Source: a virus. Taken from it: a stretch of DNA of 64,000 nucleotides. Below the pieces are notes generated by a model that saw only the letters and a list, made by a program, of their open reading frames with translations, did not search any database and was not told the origin of the DNA. The position numbers and the translations under genes were made by a program. Location of the stretch: the IMG/VR virus record IMGVR_UViG_3300028549_001461, positions 1 to 64,000 of that record; one strand, given 5' to 3'. Positions 1 through 10,036 of this stretch are shown here, piece after piece (the stretch's first letter is position 1; each line of letters starts with the position of its first letter).

Positions 1-1981
1 GGATGTAGATAACACCAGTGTTTCCATGTACGGTGCTTTGGATGCTAACTCATTGGTATTAACTTCCAATTTTGCCGGAGGTGTTATTTCAAATGGAAAA
101 TTTCAACGTGGTAACACTCCAGGTACAAACGATCACAATATTAATATAAACTATTGTAAAGGAATTACGTTCAATAATATTCAAGGCGGTATTGTTCAAT
201 TTGTACGTTCTACCGGCGTGCCATTTGTCGCAACATACAGCACAGAATTAACTTTTAACAATTGCAAAAAGTTGAATGGCACAATGACTTTGACTGCTTG
301 TACTTTCATTACTGTCAATGATTTTGATCATTGTGATAGGTATAATGGAAGGACAAATGCAACATCCATTTACATGTTTACTCTTGGTGCCGGGTGTACT
401 GATATTACCATAGATGGAATTACATTCGGTAGAGGTACAATACCAGACTGCCATCCATTGGCAGGAATAGTAAGCTACACTGCAAACGCACGATTGAAAG
501 TAAGAAATGCTGGTACAAGGGAGAACATGCTATCAGGCGGGGTATGGGCTCCTAATGCTTACGGAATGGGTTACATTGGATTAACTGGTGGTAATAATGA
601 TACCATAAAACTTCAACGTCTTTATGCAGATAAATTAAGAGTTGCTCCTTTTACCAATATAAACTCCGATAAGAACATGCTGTATGAATCTGTAATGGGA
701 GGAATGTCCGTATGGGGTACTAAAGCAGTTCTTGGATTACATCATGCAGACCTGAACGGATATTATAAGGGTATTCAAGAAATCAACGGTGTAACTGGAC
801 AAGCATCCACATACGGCACTCATTTTGTTGACATGTTCATGGGTGATGGACGAGGAAGAATACTGCTTCCGTTCAATGAACCTACTCCAGAAACTTCTAC
901 TGTTTTTGAGATGAATTCAGGAACAGCAAAGTTTAACTCCTCTGGTGGATTACTTCTTACTGCTGTTGGAATGCAAGCCACTTTCACTGATCTGTTCACT
1001 CGCTATGGACACACTGCCTTTGAACGAACAGAGGCATTGCTTTCAGGTCCGACTCAAACACGATTTGATCTTCATTATGCTATCGACACTGGTTCTGGTT
1101 TTGGATCATTCCATAATCTCTATTACCAAATAGCTGGTGGTGCTGGAACATCTGGACAATTTACCTTTACTGTAACATCTGCAACAGGTGTTGAAGTAGG
1201 AGATTATGTTTGGGGTACGGGGATTGAATTACTTGCAAGAGTCACCGATATTGCTTCAAATACCATTACTGTCAATGTCGCAAACTCTGCAACGGTATCT
1301 GGAGTAATCAGATTTAATCATCTGCCATTTGAAACCATTTCCCCATCAACAGGATTTAAGCTGAAATTCAGGATCACAGTAATTACCACTGAGACTGTTG
1401 CTTGTGCATATCTTCGTGTTGATACGATATCCACTGCTGCTGCTCAAGCTGGAACTCTGTATCCACTTGATGCAGGGGTACCTGTTAGTTTAATAACACA
1501 AAATATTGATGGTATCAAAATCCAAGATGCACAAGTCCTATTAACAGCTTATTCAGGTGGAGGTTTAGCATACAATAATGTAGTAACTATAGTAAATTCA
1601 GGAACTACTGCAACTGTTACACATTCTACACATGAACTAACTACAGGTGACAAAGTTAAAATAAAAGGCGCCTCTCATTATCAGAATAACGGAGTCTTTA
1701 ATATAGTTAGAATTGACACTAACACATATTCATATACAATGGCATCAGTTCCTGGTTCTAGTCCAACAGGAACGATTACTTCTACATTTGTGTTTTTATA
1801 CGGTATCACTGATATAAATGGGTCAATAACGATGTCTAGAATAGTCCCAGTAAACCAACCCGTTATAGGATGGGCCCGTAAATCTTCAGGATCCCCTTAT
1901 TACAAAACCGCTCCTATAGCTGGAACTGTTAGTAGTTCAACAGGAGCTTCATTCTCAGCATTAATGATACCAGATGAATAA
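1..1981 (+). CDS. Virion structural or tail fibre-like protein, 5'-truncated
   Basis: Frame is open from base 2 up to the ATG at 26, so the true start is probably upstream. G/T/N-rich beta-helix-like N-terminus; C-terminal TATVTHSTHELTTGDKVKIKGA...NGVFNI module typical of phage tail proteins. Confidence 0.55.
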   Translation, partial: DVDNTSVSMYGALDANSLVLTSNFAGGVISNGKFQRGNTPGTNDHNININYCKGITFNNIQGGIVQFVRSTGVPFVATYSTELTFNNCKKLNGTMTLTACTFITVNDFDHCDRYNGRTNATSIYMFTLGAGCTDITIDGITFGRGTIPDCHPLAGIVSYTANARLKVRNAGTRENMLSGGVWAPNAYGMGYIGLTGGNNDTIKLQRLYADKLRVAPFTNINSDKNMLYESVMGGMSVWGTKAVLGLHHADLNGYYKGIQEINGVTGQASTYGTHFVDMFMGDGRGRILLPFNEPTPETSTVFEMNSGTAKFNSSGGLLLTAVGMQATFTDLFTRYGHTAFERTEALLSGPTQTRFDLHYAIDTGSGFGSFHNLYYQIAGGAGTSGQFTFTVTSATGVEVGDYVWGTGIELLARVTDIASNTITVNVANSATVSGVIRFNHLPFETISPSTGFKLKFRITVITTETVACAYLRVDTISTAAAQAGTLYPLDAGVPVSLITQNIDGIKIQDAQVLLTAYSGGGLAYNNVVTIVNSGTTATVTHSTHELTTGDKVKIKGASHYQNNGVFNIVRIDTNTYSYTMASVPGSSPTGTITSTFVFLYGITDINGSITMSRIVPVNQPVIGWARKSSGSPYYKTAPIAGTVSSSTGASFSALMIPDE

Positions 1982-1998
1982 TTATATAAAGGATCTTT

Positions 1999-2217
1999 AT
2001 GGAAAACGATAAACTAACTCAGTTATATATAAATACAAAGAATATTAATGCTTTGGTGGAACAATTAAAAATAATTCAAGCAGAGCAGCAAATTAATATA
2101 GATAAATTACATACACAAGCAACACAAATAGCCATGCTAAATACAGAAATTGCTTATATAAAACAACAATTTTTTATATTAAGAGCTTCTTTAAATGGTC
2201 ATGGCCCTACAGCATAA
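1999..2217 (+). CDS. Small coiled-coil protein
   Basis: 72-aa ORF with AAGGA SD, heptad pattern, tightly packed with neighbours. Confidence 0.7.
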   Translation: MENDKLTQLYINTKNINALVEQLKIIQAEQQINIDKLHTQATQIAMLNTEIAYIKQQFFILRASLNGHGPTA

Positions 2218-2226
2218 GGTGGTATA

Positions 2227-4497
2227 ATGGCTATTTCTATAGATTGGAAAAATAGGATTATTTTTATTCCAAAAAATGATACTACTTTAGTACAACTACT
2301 TCCTTCTGAAATTAGAGATCTTGATTTAAATTGGTTAAGAGTTCAATTAAAAAACCTGGAAGATTCAGAAATAGGCATGTCTTATCCAGATACTCATAGA
2401 CATAATACAGAAGTTACAATTGGTGGTTTAACTTACGCTAGAGTTATCGAGATAATAAATGATTTTACTATTACTATAGAAGATGGCCAATACTCAGTAA
2501 ATTTAATCGGAGCTAATAGTAACGTAGGAGATAAAGTAAATGTAAACCAAGTTTCTGTAAGATCAAATAACTCAGCCGGTATGACAAGTTCCGCAGCAGT
2601 AGAGTATGCTTCTTATAATAACTGTGTTACACTAAATGTTAATAGTGGTTTTTCTGGTACAACTTATCCAATAGGTACATTACAAAAACCAGTCAATAAT
2701 TTGACAGATGCTTTATCAATATGCGCCTATAGAGGATTCAATACTATAACTTTATTATCTAATGTAACTGTTAATGTAATCCATAATATTGATAATTTAA
2801 TAATAAGATCAACTGACTGGTATTTAGAAATACATATTGAACTAGGAGCCTCTTGTTATCATACTACTTTTGAGAAATTATCTGTATTCGGTACTGTTTC
2901 TGGTATTTGGAATGTTTTTATAGATTGTTGGATTTACACAGTTGATAATTTCTGCGGCTGGATGATAGGCGGATCTTTTACAGATATAACTTTAGCTCCT
3001 TATAATGATGAAGGTTTAGGACAATCTTGGTTTGATAATTTAGTACCTATGTACCCTAATATACCAGCCATTCTTATAATGAATACAAATACTGAAATAT
3101 CTTGTACTGGTTTGGATGGTGCTTATGAAATACAAAATATGGATGCAGCTTCTTTAGCAGAAATAGGGTTTGATTCAGGTACTTTAATAATAAATGCTTC
3201 ATGTACAGGAGGTACTATAGTAGCTATTGGAAATGGTATTCTTGTTAATAACTCTTCTAATGTGTCTATTAATATTGATGGTTTAATTTCTAAAGACACA
3301 ATCTCACAAGCTGTCTGGGATGAGTCTTTGGCTGTTCATACTGTTGGAGGTACCCCAGGGAAAGCTTTGGCTATAACAGCTTTTAATGGAGCTATTAATA
3401 TAGATTCTGATTTAGGTTTAGCTGGCGTAACTTTTCCAAGTGGCACCACTTTTAATCCTGTTAGTAATTTTACAGATGCTATAATTATGTCTACTAGTTA
3501 TAAATTTAATACTTTTAGAATACACGGTACTCATTTATTACCCAGTAATCTTACAAGTACTGATTTTATAGCTATGCATGGTTTTATAGGCGATATAGTT
3601 AATATTAATAATAGATCTATTGAACATTCTAGATTTAGAAATTTAAAAATAATAGGTACTTTTTCAACAACATCCCATGAAATTTCTTTTTATGATTGTT
3701 ACTTAGAAAATGTATCAAATTTACAAGGTGAGGCTTCAAATACAAGGTTATCTGGTTCTATAACCATAGCCCCAGGTAAAATTTTTTCTGGTGTATCTAT
3801 AGTGGTAGAAGGTGATAATACAGTAATAAATTTACAAAATGCTGCCAATACTGCAGTGTCCTTAGATGTTAATAGTGGTATTATAACTTTTATAAATGCA
3901 GTTAATACTTGTTTAATTGAACTTAATTTACGCGGAGGAGAAATAGTTTTAACAGACTCTTGTGTAGGTGGTGAATTTTATGCTGAAGGTTACGGTACTC
4001 TTTATAATGAAAGTAATATGACTATAAAAGATAATCACTTATTAGCTTTAGAAACTATACCTCCATATATATTGAATTCAATAGCCAGTGATTACATAAC
4101 TAATAATACAATAGGTAAGGCAATTAATGACGCCGCTGTTGGTGGAGGCGGAGGTGGTATTGATGAAGCTGGTGTGCATACTGCTTTAGACAGTTATACA
4201 CATAAGGATCTATATAAAGCAAATATCTCTACTTTAGCTACAAAAACAGATATACAAGCTCTTAATAACCCTACTGTTTCTGATATAGTAACTGCTGTTT
4301 GGAACCACTCTAAAGCTAACCAAATAAGTTCAGATGTTTTGTTTATTAAAAACATAGAAGGTGGTAAATGGGAAATAGTTAATAATCAGATGATTTTTTT
4401 CAAAGAAGATAATATAACAGAAATAGCAAGATTTAATTTATATGATGAAGAAGGTGTTTTGGCTAACACTAATATATTCACAAGATTAAGGGTATAA
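2227..4497 (+). CDS. Putative virion structural protein with internal duplication
   Basis: 756 aa, AGGTGG SD; two copies of a G-x-T-[YF]-P-x-GT...PV-x-N-x-TDA unit, each followed by beta-helix-like sequence. Confidence 0.6.
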   Translation: MAISIDWKNRIIFIPKNDTTLVQLLPSEIRDLDLNWLRVQLKNLEDSEIGMSYPDTHRHNTEVTIGGLTYARVIEIINDFTITIEDGQYSVNLIGANSNVGDKVNVNQVSVRSNNSAGMTSSAAVEYASYNNCVTLNVNSGFSGTTYPIGTLQKPVNNLTDALSICAYRGFNTITLLSNVTVNVIHNIDNLIIRSTDWYLEIHIELGASCYHTTFEKLSVFGTVSGIWNVFIDCWIYTVDNFCGWMIGGSFTDITLAPYNDEGLGQSWFDNLVPMYPNIPAILIMNTNTEISCTGLDGAYEIQNMDAASLAEIGFDSGTLIINASCTGGTIVAIGNGILVNNSSNVSINIDGLISKDTISQAVWDESLAVHTVGGTPGKALAITAFNGAINIDSDLGLAGVTFPSGTTFNPVSNFTDAIIMSTSYKFNTFRIHGTHLLPSNLTSTDFIAMHGFIGDIVNINNRSIEHSRFRNLKIIGTFSTTSHEISFYDCYLENVSNLQGEASNTRLSGSITIAPGKIFSGVSIVVEGDNTVINLQNAANTAVSLDVNSGIITFINAVNTCLIELNLRGGEIVLTDSCVGGEFYAEGYGTLYNESNMTIKDNHLLALETIPPYILNSIASDYITNNTIGKAINDAAVGGGGGGIDEAGVHTALDSYTHKDLYKANISTLATKTDIQALNNPTVSDIVTAVWNHSKANQISSDVLFIKNIEGGKWEIVNNQMIFFKEDNITEIARFNLYDEEGVLANTNIFTRLRV

Positions 4498-4514
4498 TAC
4501 AAAGGGATACTATC

Positions 4515-4769
4515 ATGTTAATCACACGAGGCTTTGGTGTAAATACAGGTGGTGGTACATCTGTAGATAGAATTTACGTGAATGTACCTAATCCAGAAGT
4601 GGTAACTAATTTTATTAATGCTTCTTCTTTTTCAACTGAGGAGATAGACCCAGTTTTAAATATTATTAGTTACGAAGCACAGCCCAGTATAAATGAAACA
4701 AAAGAGTATAAAACTAATATAAGTAGTGCTAATTTATTGAAACCGTCTCTAAAAATAACAGAGGAATAA
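4515..4769 (+). CDS. Small hypothetical protein
   Basis: 84 aa, GGGA SD, operon packing. Confidence 0.65.
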   Translation: MLITRGFGVNTGGGTSVDRIYVNVPNPEVVTNFINASSFSTEEIDPVLNIISYEAQPSINETKEYKTNISSANLLKPSLKITEE

Positions 4770-4774
4770 GCTTT

Positions 4775-5731
4775 ATGATAAATATAACTATAACGGTAGA
4801 CAATCTTACTGATGTTTTGACTATATTTAGTAGAATAGATATACTTAAGTACACTGGATCTTCCACACCTAGTTCTCCTATAAATATAGCTGAGTATATG
4901 TTTATAAATGATGGTATAGACCAGACAAATAATAGACCTAATGTTAGTAATGTTTTATTGTTTAATTCTATATCACAATACTCTTTTGTAGACCCATCAG
5001 GAGATTCAAATAGTTGGTATATAAGTAGATATTCAAATAATTCTGGGAGTACTACAAGCGGTTGGTCGGATCCTATTCAAGGTGATGATGGATCTCTCTA
5101 TTATAACCCTATCTATCCTTCTGAAATGAACTATGGCACTGCGGATAAATTGATAATTAATAAAATAAGATTACTTATAGGAGATCCTGTAGGGGTAGCA
5201 AGATCTTTTGGAGAAGACGCTTTAACTAATTTTCATAGTGATAATGTAGTGTTTGAATTACAAGAGAAGGGTTGGCCAACAAGTATAAATATTTATGGTA
5301 CACAATATAATTCTTCAGTTAATCCATCAGTTAATGGTTATAAATATTTAAAATTTACTTCACCGGTTAATCTAACTTCTACTACTATATCGGGTATAGA
5401 GCAGAGCTTAGATGTGTGGTATTACACATTTAGATATAGTGATAAACAGCTTATGGAGGCTTATGACAACTGTATACCTCCGGCACCTTTAACTATAGAT
5501 AATTGTACTCAGGCAGTTTATCTACTACAGACTGCTTATGATTTATTAAATGGTGAAGTTTGGGAGTTGGCCTTAGAAGATGGAGCTTCTATTTCTGACA
5601 ATAGGGATACATACAACCCAACTCCTGGTTTAAACGCAAGAGATAAACTTTTAGAACGTCTTAAAAAACAGTTAGCTGACGCGATTAAGTACAATTTATT
5701 TTCTGGTTTTAGTGGAGTTAGAATAGATTAA
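4775..5731 (+). CDS. Putative head-tail adaptor (head completion) protein
   Basis: 318 aa; KIRLLIGD motif and helical C-terminus resemble adaptors; first of four genes before the tail tube gene. Confidence 0.5.
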   Translation: MINITITVDNLTDVLTIFSRIDILKYTGSSTPSSPINIAEYMFINDGIDQTNNRPNVSNVLLFNSISQYSFVDPSGDSNSWYISRYSNNSGSTTSGWSDPIQGDDGSLYYNPIYPSEMNYGTADKLIINKIRLLIGDPVGVARSFGEDALTNFHSDNVVFELQEKGWPTSINIYGTQYNSSVNPSVNGYKYLKFTSPVNLTSTTISGIEQSLDVWYYTFRYSDKQLMEAYDNCIPPAPLTIDNCTQAVYLLQTAYDLLNGEVWELALEDGASISDNRDTYNPTPGLNARDKLLERLKKQLADAIKYNLFSGFSGVRID

Positions 5732-5748
5732 TTTTAGAGGATTTAGTT

Positions 5749-6342
5749 ATGATACGTAGAATAAGTGATTTGACAAAGAAAAAATATACAACAATTATAA
5801 GAGATATTATAGATGATTTGGGTAGACCGGTAGAGGTATTTAAAAAACCCTCTAAGTATGAATGCCTAAATTGTCATTATGACAAACTAAAGGATAGCAG
5901 TACTGGTATTTGTAAATGGACTCCAGCAGAAGCTTTTCAGAAACAATCAGATTATGAAAATTCCGGCGGGGTAGGAACCAGATACAAATTTTTTTCCAAA
6001 GGTAGATGTCCTATATGTAAAGGTAAAGGTTATCTGGAAACTATAAGAAAAGTATGGGTCAAGTGTAAAATTACTTGGGATCCAGAATCTGACGGTACAT
6101 TAGTTCATGACTCACCAGGTGTTGCAGGTAGTACTAGTGTTGAGTTAAAAACAGATCCTAAATATTTAGACCTTTTTAAAAATTGTGTATATTTAAAGGT
6201 TGACAACATGGAATGTGTTTTAGCTAAACCTCCTACTTTAAGAGGTATAGGTAGTAAATCTTTATTAATTGTTTTGGCCTTTACGTCAGATGGTGTAGTT
6301 AATACAGATGACCAACAGAAAGATTATTTACCCACATTATAG
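5749..6342 (+). CDS. Putative head closure/neck protein with Zn-finger insert
   Basis: 197 aa; CLNC and CPICKGKG; position after the adaptor candidate; GAGGA SD. Confidence 0.5.
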   Translation: MIRRISDLTKKKYTTIIRDIIDDLGRPVEVFKKPSKYECLNCHYDKLKDSSTGICKWTPAEAFQKQSDYENSGGVGTRYKFFSKGRCPICKGKGYLETIRKVWVKCKITWDPESDGTLVHDSPGVAGSTSVELKTDPKYLDLFKNCVYLKVDNMECVLAKPPTLRGIGSKSLLIVLAFTSDGVVNTDDQQKDYLPTL

Positions 6343-6353
6343 GCGGTATTATT

Positions 6354-7022
6354 TTGAATTTAAAAAATATTACTAATAAGCTTGGTAATGACTTAGAAAA
6401 AATATTATTTAACAATACATTAAATATTTTTGAACCGTATATATTTAAAATTAAGAAAGTTTATTTAAACAGTTTTTCAGATACATTACTTAGTTTAGAA
6501 ATACCTTCAGATAGTTTGGCTAATCCAGAATTTTTCTATGAAGCTTATTCTGAAGCTTTAGATAATTTTACTTATTTTACGGTTATGTCAGCTAATGAAA
6601 TAAAACTTAGAGTACCAGACGAGGATAATTTTGATTATACCGGTAGAATGTTTTTTATTAATCTACTTACGTCTGGTGTTGTTGGTAATTACTTAGAAAT
6701 ATCTTCTGAGGATTATAACTACTTAATGAATAGTACTCTTAGTGACCAACTAAAAAAGACACTTCAAGAACTTCCTGGGTTTCTTGGCGACGTAGATTCA
6801 GAGAATAGTTATTTGGACTTTTACATCTTAGATATGAATATTGGTATTCATACTATTTTACAAAAAATTCTAAAAAAAGATTTAGTGGTGTTTCCATTTT
6901 CAAATACACCGCCAATTGATTTGTTCACAGATGGTATTGATTTTTTTACTTCAATAAAGGATACAGTTACTGACATGATTGTAACTAAATCTATAAATGA
7001 TTTTAAGGGTTTGGTGATGTAA
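6354..7022 (+). CDS. Hypothetical protein in neck-gene position
   Basis: 222 aa, TTG start, TAATG overlap with next gene; function from synteny only. Confidence 0.45.
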   Translation: MNLKNITNKLGNDLEKILFNNTLNIFEPYIFKIKKVYLNSFSDTLLSLEIPSDSLANPEFFYEAYSEALDNFTYFTVMSANEIKLRVPDEDNFDYTGRMFFINLLTSGVVGNYLEISSEDYNYLMNSTLSDQLKKTLQELPGFLGDVDSENSYLDFYILDMNIGIHTILQKILKKDLVVFPFSNTPPIDLFTDGIDFFTSIKDTVTDMIVTKSINDFKGLVM

Positions 7023-7882
7023 TGTACATAGCTAGAAAAGAAGATTCAAGTATATATAGGTATTTTAGGGATGTAGTTCTTTCTGATTTTATTGAATTTC
7101 AGGAAAAGGATGAATTGGTTCTTTCTAATTTTTCAACAAGTAGTCAATATAAAATATATGATATTGTTACTGATTTGTATCCATCACCTTTAGAGAATGG
7201 TAGAGGTCTAACTTATTTTGATGATTTATCTTCAAGTACTTTAGTTGATCTTACCACCACTTCAGGTACACCAGAGCAGTCATCCAGAATTACTGTATAT
7301 GATAGATACATGAATATTTTAGATGAATCTTCTTATATGGTGGATTACGTCTCATGTAAAGTTATAATGCTGGATACATCTGTACCTAAATATATAGATT
7401 ATCATTGGTATTATGTTGGTATGGTTGATGGTTGGGATTCTTTAGCTGTATCTTCTCCTCCAATTGTTGTTATGGATATTGAAAAGACAAAAAAGACTGG
7501 TTATCAATTAGGCGGCGGTAAAAAGGTCATAAGAAAATGTAATTTATTTATTTTTTCGTCATCATCTTCAGAAAGATTAGATTTAACTGAAGTTCTTTAT
7601 GATGGTCTTTACCTTAAAACTTGTCCTATTTACGATTTCTCCAGTGGACTTGTACTAGATTTTGACGGTACTTTTCGTAATAGAAGAAATAATTTAGATA
7701 AATCTACAAATTTATTTAATAGAACTGTAGTAAGTGGTACGTCTAATATGTCTTTTGAGGACGTAGAAGCTAAAAATATAAATCTACCCTTAACCTTAAG
7801 CAGACGTAATGAATCTACTACCTTAACTAATTTAAATGCTTATAGGTCTAAAATAAGTTTTAATTTAGTTTATTATAATTAG
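7022..7882 (+). CDS. Putative tail terminator/completion protein
   Basis: 286 aa; PPIVVMD...GYQLGGG...CNLFIFS...ERLDLTEVLYD pattern; directly upstream of the tail tube gene. Confidence 0.55.
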   Translation: MYIARKEDSSIYRYFRDVVLSDFIEFQEKDELVLSNFSTSSQYKIYDIVTDLYPSPLENGRGLTYFDDLSSSTLVDLTTTSGTPEQSSRITVYDRYMNILDESSYMVDYVSCKVIMLDTSVPKYIDYHWYYVGMVDGWDSLAVSSPPIVVMDIEKTKKTGYQLGGGKKVIRKCNLFIFSSSSSERLDLTEVLYDGLYLKTCPIYDFSSGLVLDFDGTFRNRRNNLDKSTNLFNRTVVSGTSNMSFEDVEAKNINLPLTLSRRNESTTLTNLNAYRSKISFNLVYYN

Positions 7883-8025
7883 TACATACAGTTGTTTGAA
7901 GTAACCATTCAGAATTAAGGTGCTAATAAACTAACCTATAGTATATAGAAAGGATAGGACTATTAGATAAAAACTAACCTGAATTTATTTTAAAATTTAT
8001 AATTTATATTAAGGAGAATAAAAAT

Positions 8026-9615
8026 ATGTCAAGAAATAGAGTGATTTACGCCTCGCAAAGCGTATGGTGCAACGGTAGCTTACTGTACAGAGTACAGTCT
8101 TTAGGAAGTACTACTACCTTCACCAGTGAAGATATCTTCGAATTAGGCCACTTGGACATCATTGACGTTGTTGATGACGTACCTGCTGTTGCTGTTACTT
8201 TAAATACTAATGATTTTGGTGATGTTACCACAATGGCTATGTTGGCACAGGTTCTACCTACTCGTAGAGCTATGAATGCTACTGCTATTGTCTCTAATGC
8301 TAACTTAGCTGTAGTAAACTCTTCTTTAACACCTACTGGTGTTTATCTCCACGGCGCTTGTGTACCTGACTTTGCTATTTCTTGTGGTGCTCTTCCAGGT
8401 GTAACTTTGTGGGCCCCGGTTCAAGAAGAATGTTCAACAGGTACTTTGGCTAATAATATTGATCAGACTTTATTTTTAGATAAAGTATTCGTAAACAGTT
8501 TGGCATTTAGCTATTCTTCTGGAGCTAATGCTACTGAAAACTACGGAATGGAAACTGACAATAAAATGTGGCTTTTAAATGATGGCCGTTTTGTTAATTT
8601 TGATACTTTTACAGTTGACGCCCCAACATTGGCAAATGGTTATGTAGATTTGACTTTAGCCGCTTCTGCAAGTATTGCTGTTTTGACTAGTGGTATAGGC
8701 TTTCTACGTAAAGATATGAACGGTGCCCCTGCTGTTACTTGGTTCAGTTCTGCTGATACAAGCATGACAAATATTAAAGTTGTAGTTGGCGCTACAGCCG
8801 CTGTTGATACCTTTATATATCATGACACTGGTACCCAACACAGATTGTATTTCCCAACAGGTACTGCTGTAATTCTTACTGATAGAATTGAAGTTGCTTA
8901 TTCCGCAGATGCTTACGGTTCTGGTGCTTCTAATAAATATTTTGCACTTCAAGATAGTTTAAATACTCCTGACTTTGTTGGTGCTTTACGTCAAGGTCAA
9001 GTTGAAGTACATATATTATCTGATACTTCTGCATCTTTCGATATAGCCTGGCGTTTAACCAGTGCTAATATTACGGCTAATCTTACACGTACTCCTTTAA
9101 TGGAAGTAGGTCATTTGGCTCCTTACGACCGTCCTTTAACTTTGCCTGTACCTTTGACTATTGCTGTTGAGTCTACTGCAGGTGACTTGGAGAACTGGGC
9201 TAAAGTAGCTGACAAATTAACCGCTTTCAATGCTGGTACTATTGACAGTATGGTTCTTGCTGATTTAATGTCTTCTGAGGATCTTAAACTTGTAGTTAAA
9301 GTATACGCCCAGACTGACGAAGAAGCTGGTGGAACTGGAGCAAATCGTGTAGTTTCCTCTACATCTGATTTGATTGGTCAACATTATTGGGTAGACGGTG
9401 TTATGGCTACCTATAGTGCCGGTAATAGCGAGAGAGCCCTTAAGACTGTTATTGTTGAGCATCTTAAAATAACTGACGAGGGTATGACTTTGGATATGGG
9501 TGCTAATGCTACTCAGTCTTTCTCCTTTAGGTCAACCAACGACTTGTATGTTGTTAAAGGTGATATAAGTATTGCTAATATTACCAGTGGTAATAAAGTT
9601 AGAAGAAACGCATAA
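8026..9615 (+). CDS. Major tail (tube) protein with two tube-fold domains
   Basis: 529 aa; strong AAGGAG SD; RVQSLGSTTTFTSEDIFELG motif recurs as RLTSANITANLTRTPLMEVG; followed by a terminator, chaperone candidates and the TMP. Confidence 0.75.
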   Translation: MSRNRVIYASQSVWCNGSLLYRVQSLGSTTTFTSEDIFELGHLDIIDVVDDVPAVAVTLNTNDFGDVTTMAMLAQVLPTRRAMNATAIVSNANLAVVNSSLTPTGVYLHGACVPDFAISCGALPGVTLWAPVQEECSTGTLANNIDQTLFLDKVFVNSLAFSYSSGANATENYGMETDNKMWLLNDGRFVNFDTFTVDAPTLANGYVDLTLAASASIAVLTSGIGFLRKDMNGAPAVTWFSSADTSMTNIKVVVGATAAVDTFIYHDTGTQHRLYFPTGTAVILTDRIEVAYSADAYGSGASNKYFALQDSLNTPDFVGALRQGQVEVHILSDTSASFDIAWRLTSANITANLTRTPLMEVGHLAPYDRPLTLPVPLTIAVESTAGDLENWAKVADKLTAFNAGTIDSMVLADLMSSEDLKLVVKVYAQTDEEAGGTGANRVVSSTSDLIGQHYWVDGVMATYSAGNSERALKTVIVEHLKITDEGMTLDMGANATQSFSFRSTNDLYVVKGDISIANITSGNKVRRNA

Positions 9616-9646
9616 TTTGTAAAAATAGTTTAAACTGAATTAAACT

Positions 9647-9691
9647 AAAGTACTCGTGGTGTTTTACTACACTGCGAGTACTTTTTTTTTT
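9647..9691 (+). terminator. Intrinsic terminator after the major tail gene
   Basis: AAAGTACTCGTGGTGT / TTTACT / ACACTGCGAGTACTTT stem (2 G-U pairs) ending in a 10-nt T run; a second hairpin TAGTTTAA...TTAAACTA lies just upstream (9626-9647). Confidence 0.85.
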
Positions 9692-9777
9692 GTAAAAATA
9701 TTTTTATGTATTTTAGTCGAATTAACTGACTATATAATAATAGGGTAGTATTAACAGGATATAATAAAGGAGGTAGT

Positions 9778-10023
9778 ATGGGAGAGGTAGATAAAAAACA
9801 ATTAGAGGAAATGGTAAGAAAGGAGATTACTAAATTATTTGAATCAGTATTAGATTATACAGTTATTGCAGTACCAGACAACAATGCGTTTAAACCTTTA
9901 AGAGGACGTATATTACGTATTGGTAATGATTGTATAAGAAATATTATTTCAGAACTTAGTAATTATGAAGTTACTTGTTTAGAAATAAACGAGGACATTA
10001 TTGAAATTAAAAAGAGTAAGTAA
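9778..10023 (+). CDS. Small hypothetical protein
   Basis: 81 aa, strong AGGAGGT SD. Confidence 0.75.
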   Translation: MGEVDKKQLEEMVRKEITKLFESVLDYTVIAVPDNNAFKPLRGRILRIGNDCIRNIISELSNYEVTCLEINEDIIEIKKSK

Positions 10024-10036
10024 TAGGGAGACGGTT

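Noticed and set aside
8026-9615. 529-aa protein as a tail sheath or major capsid protein
   Set aside because: The duplicated tube-type motif and its position before the chaperones and TMP fit a tail tube; no sheath or HK97-fold signature was seen
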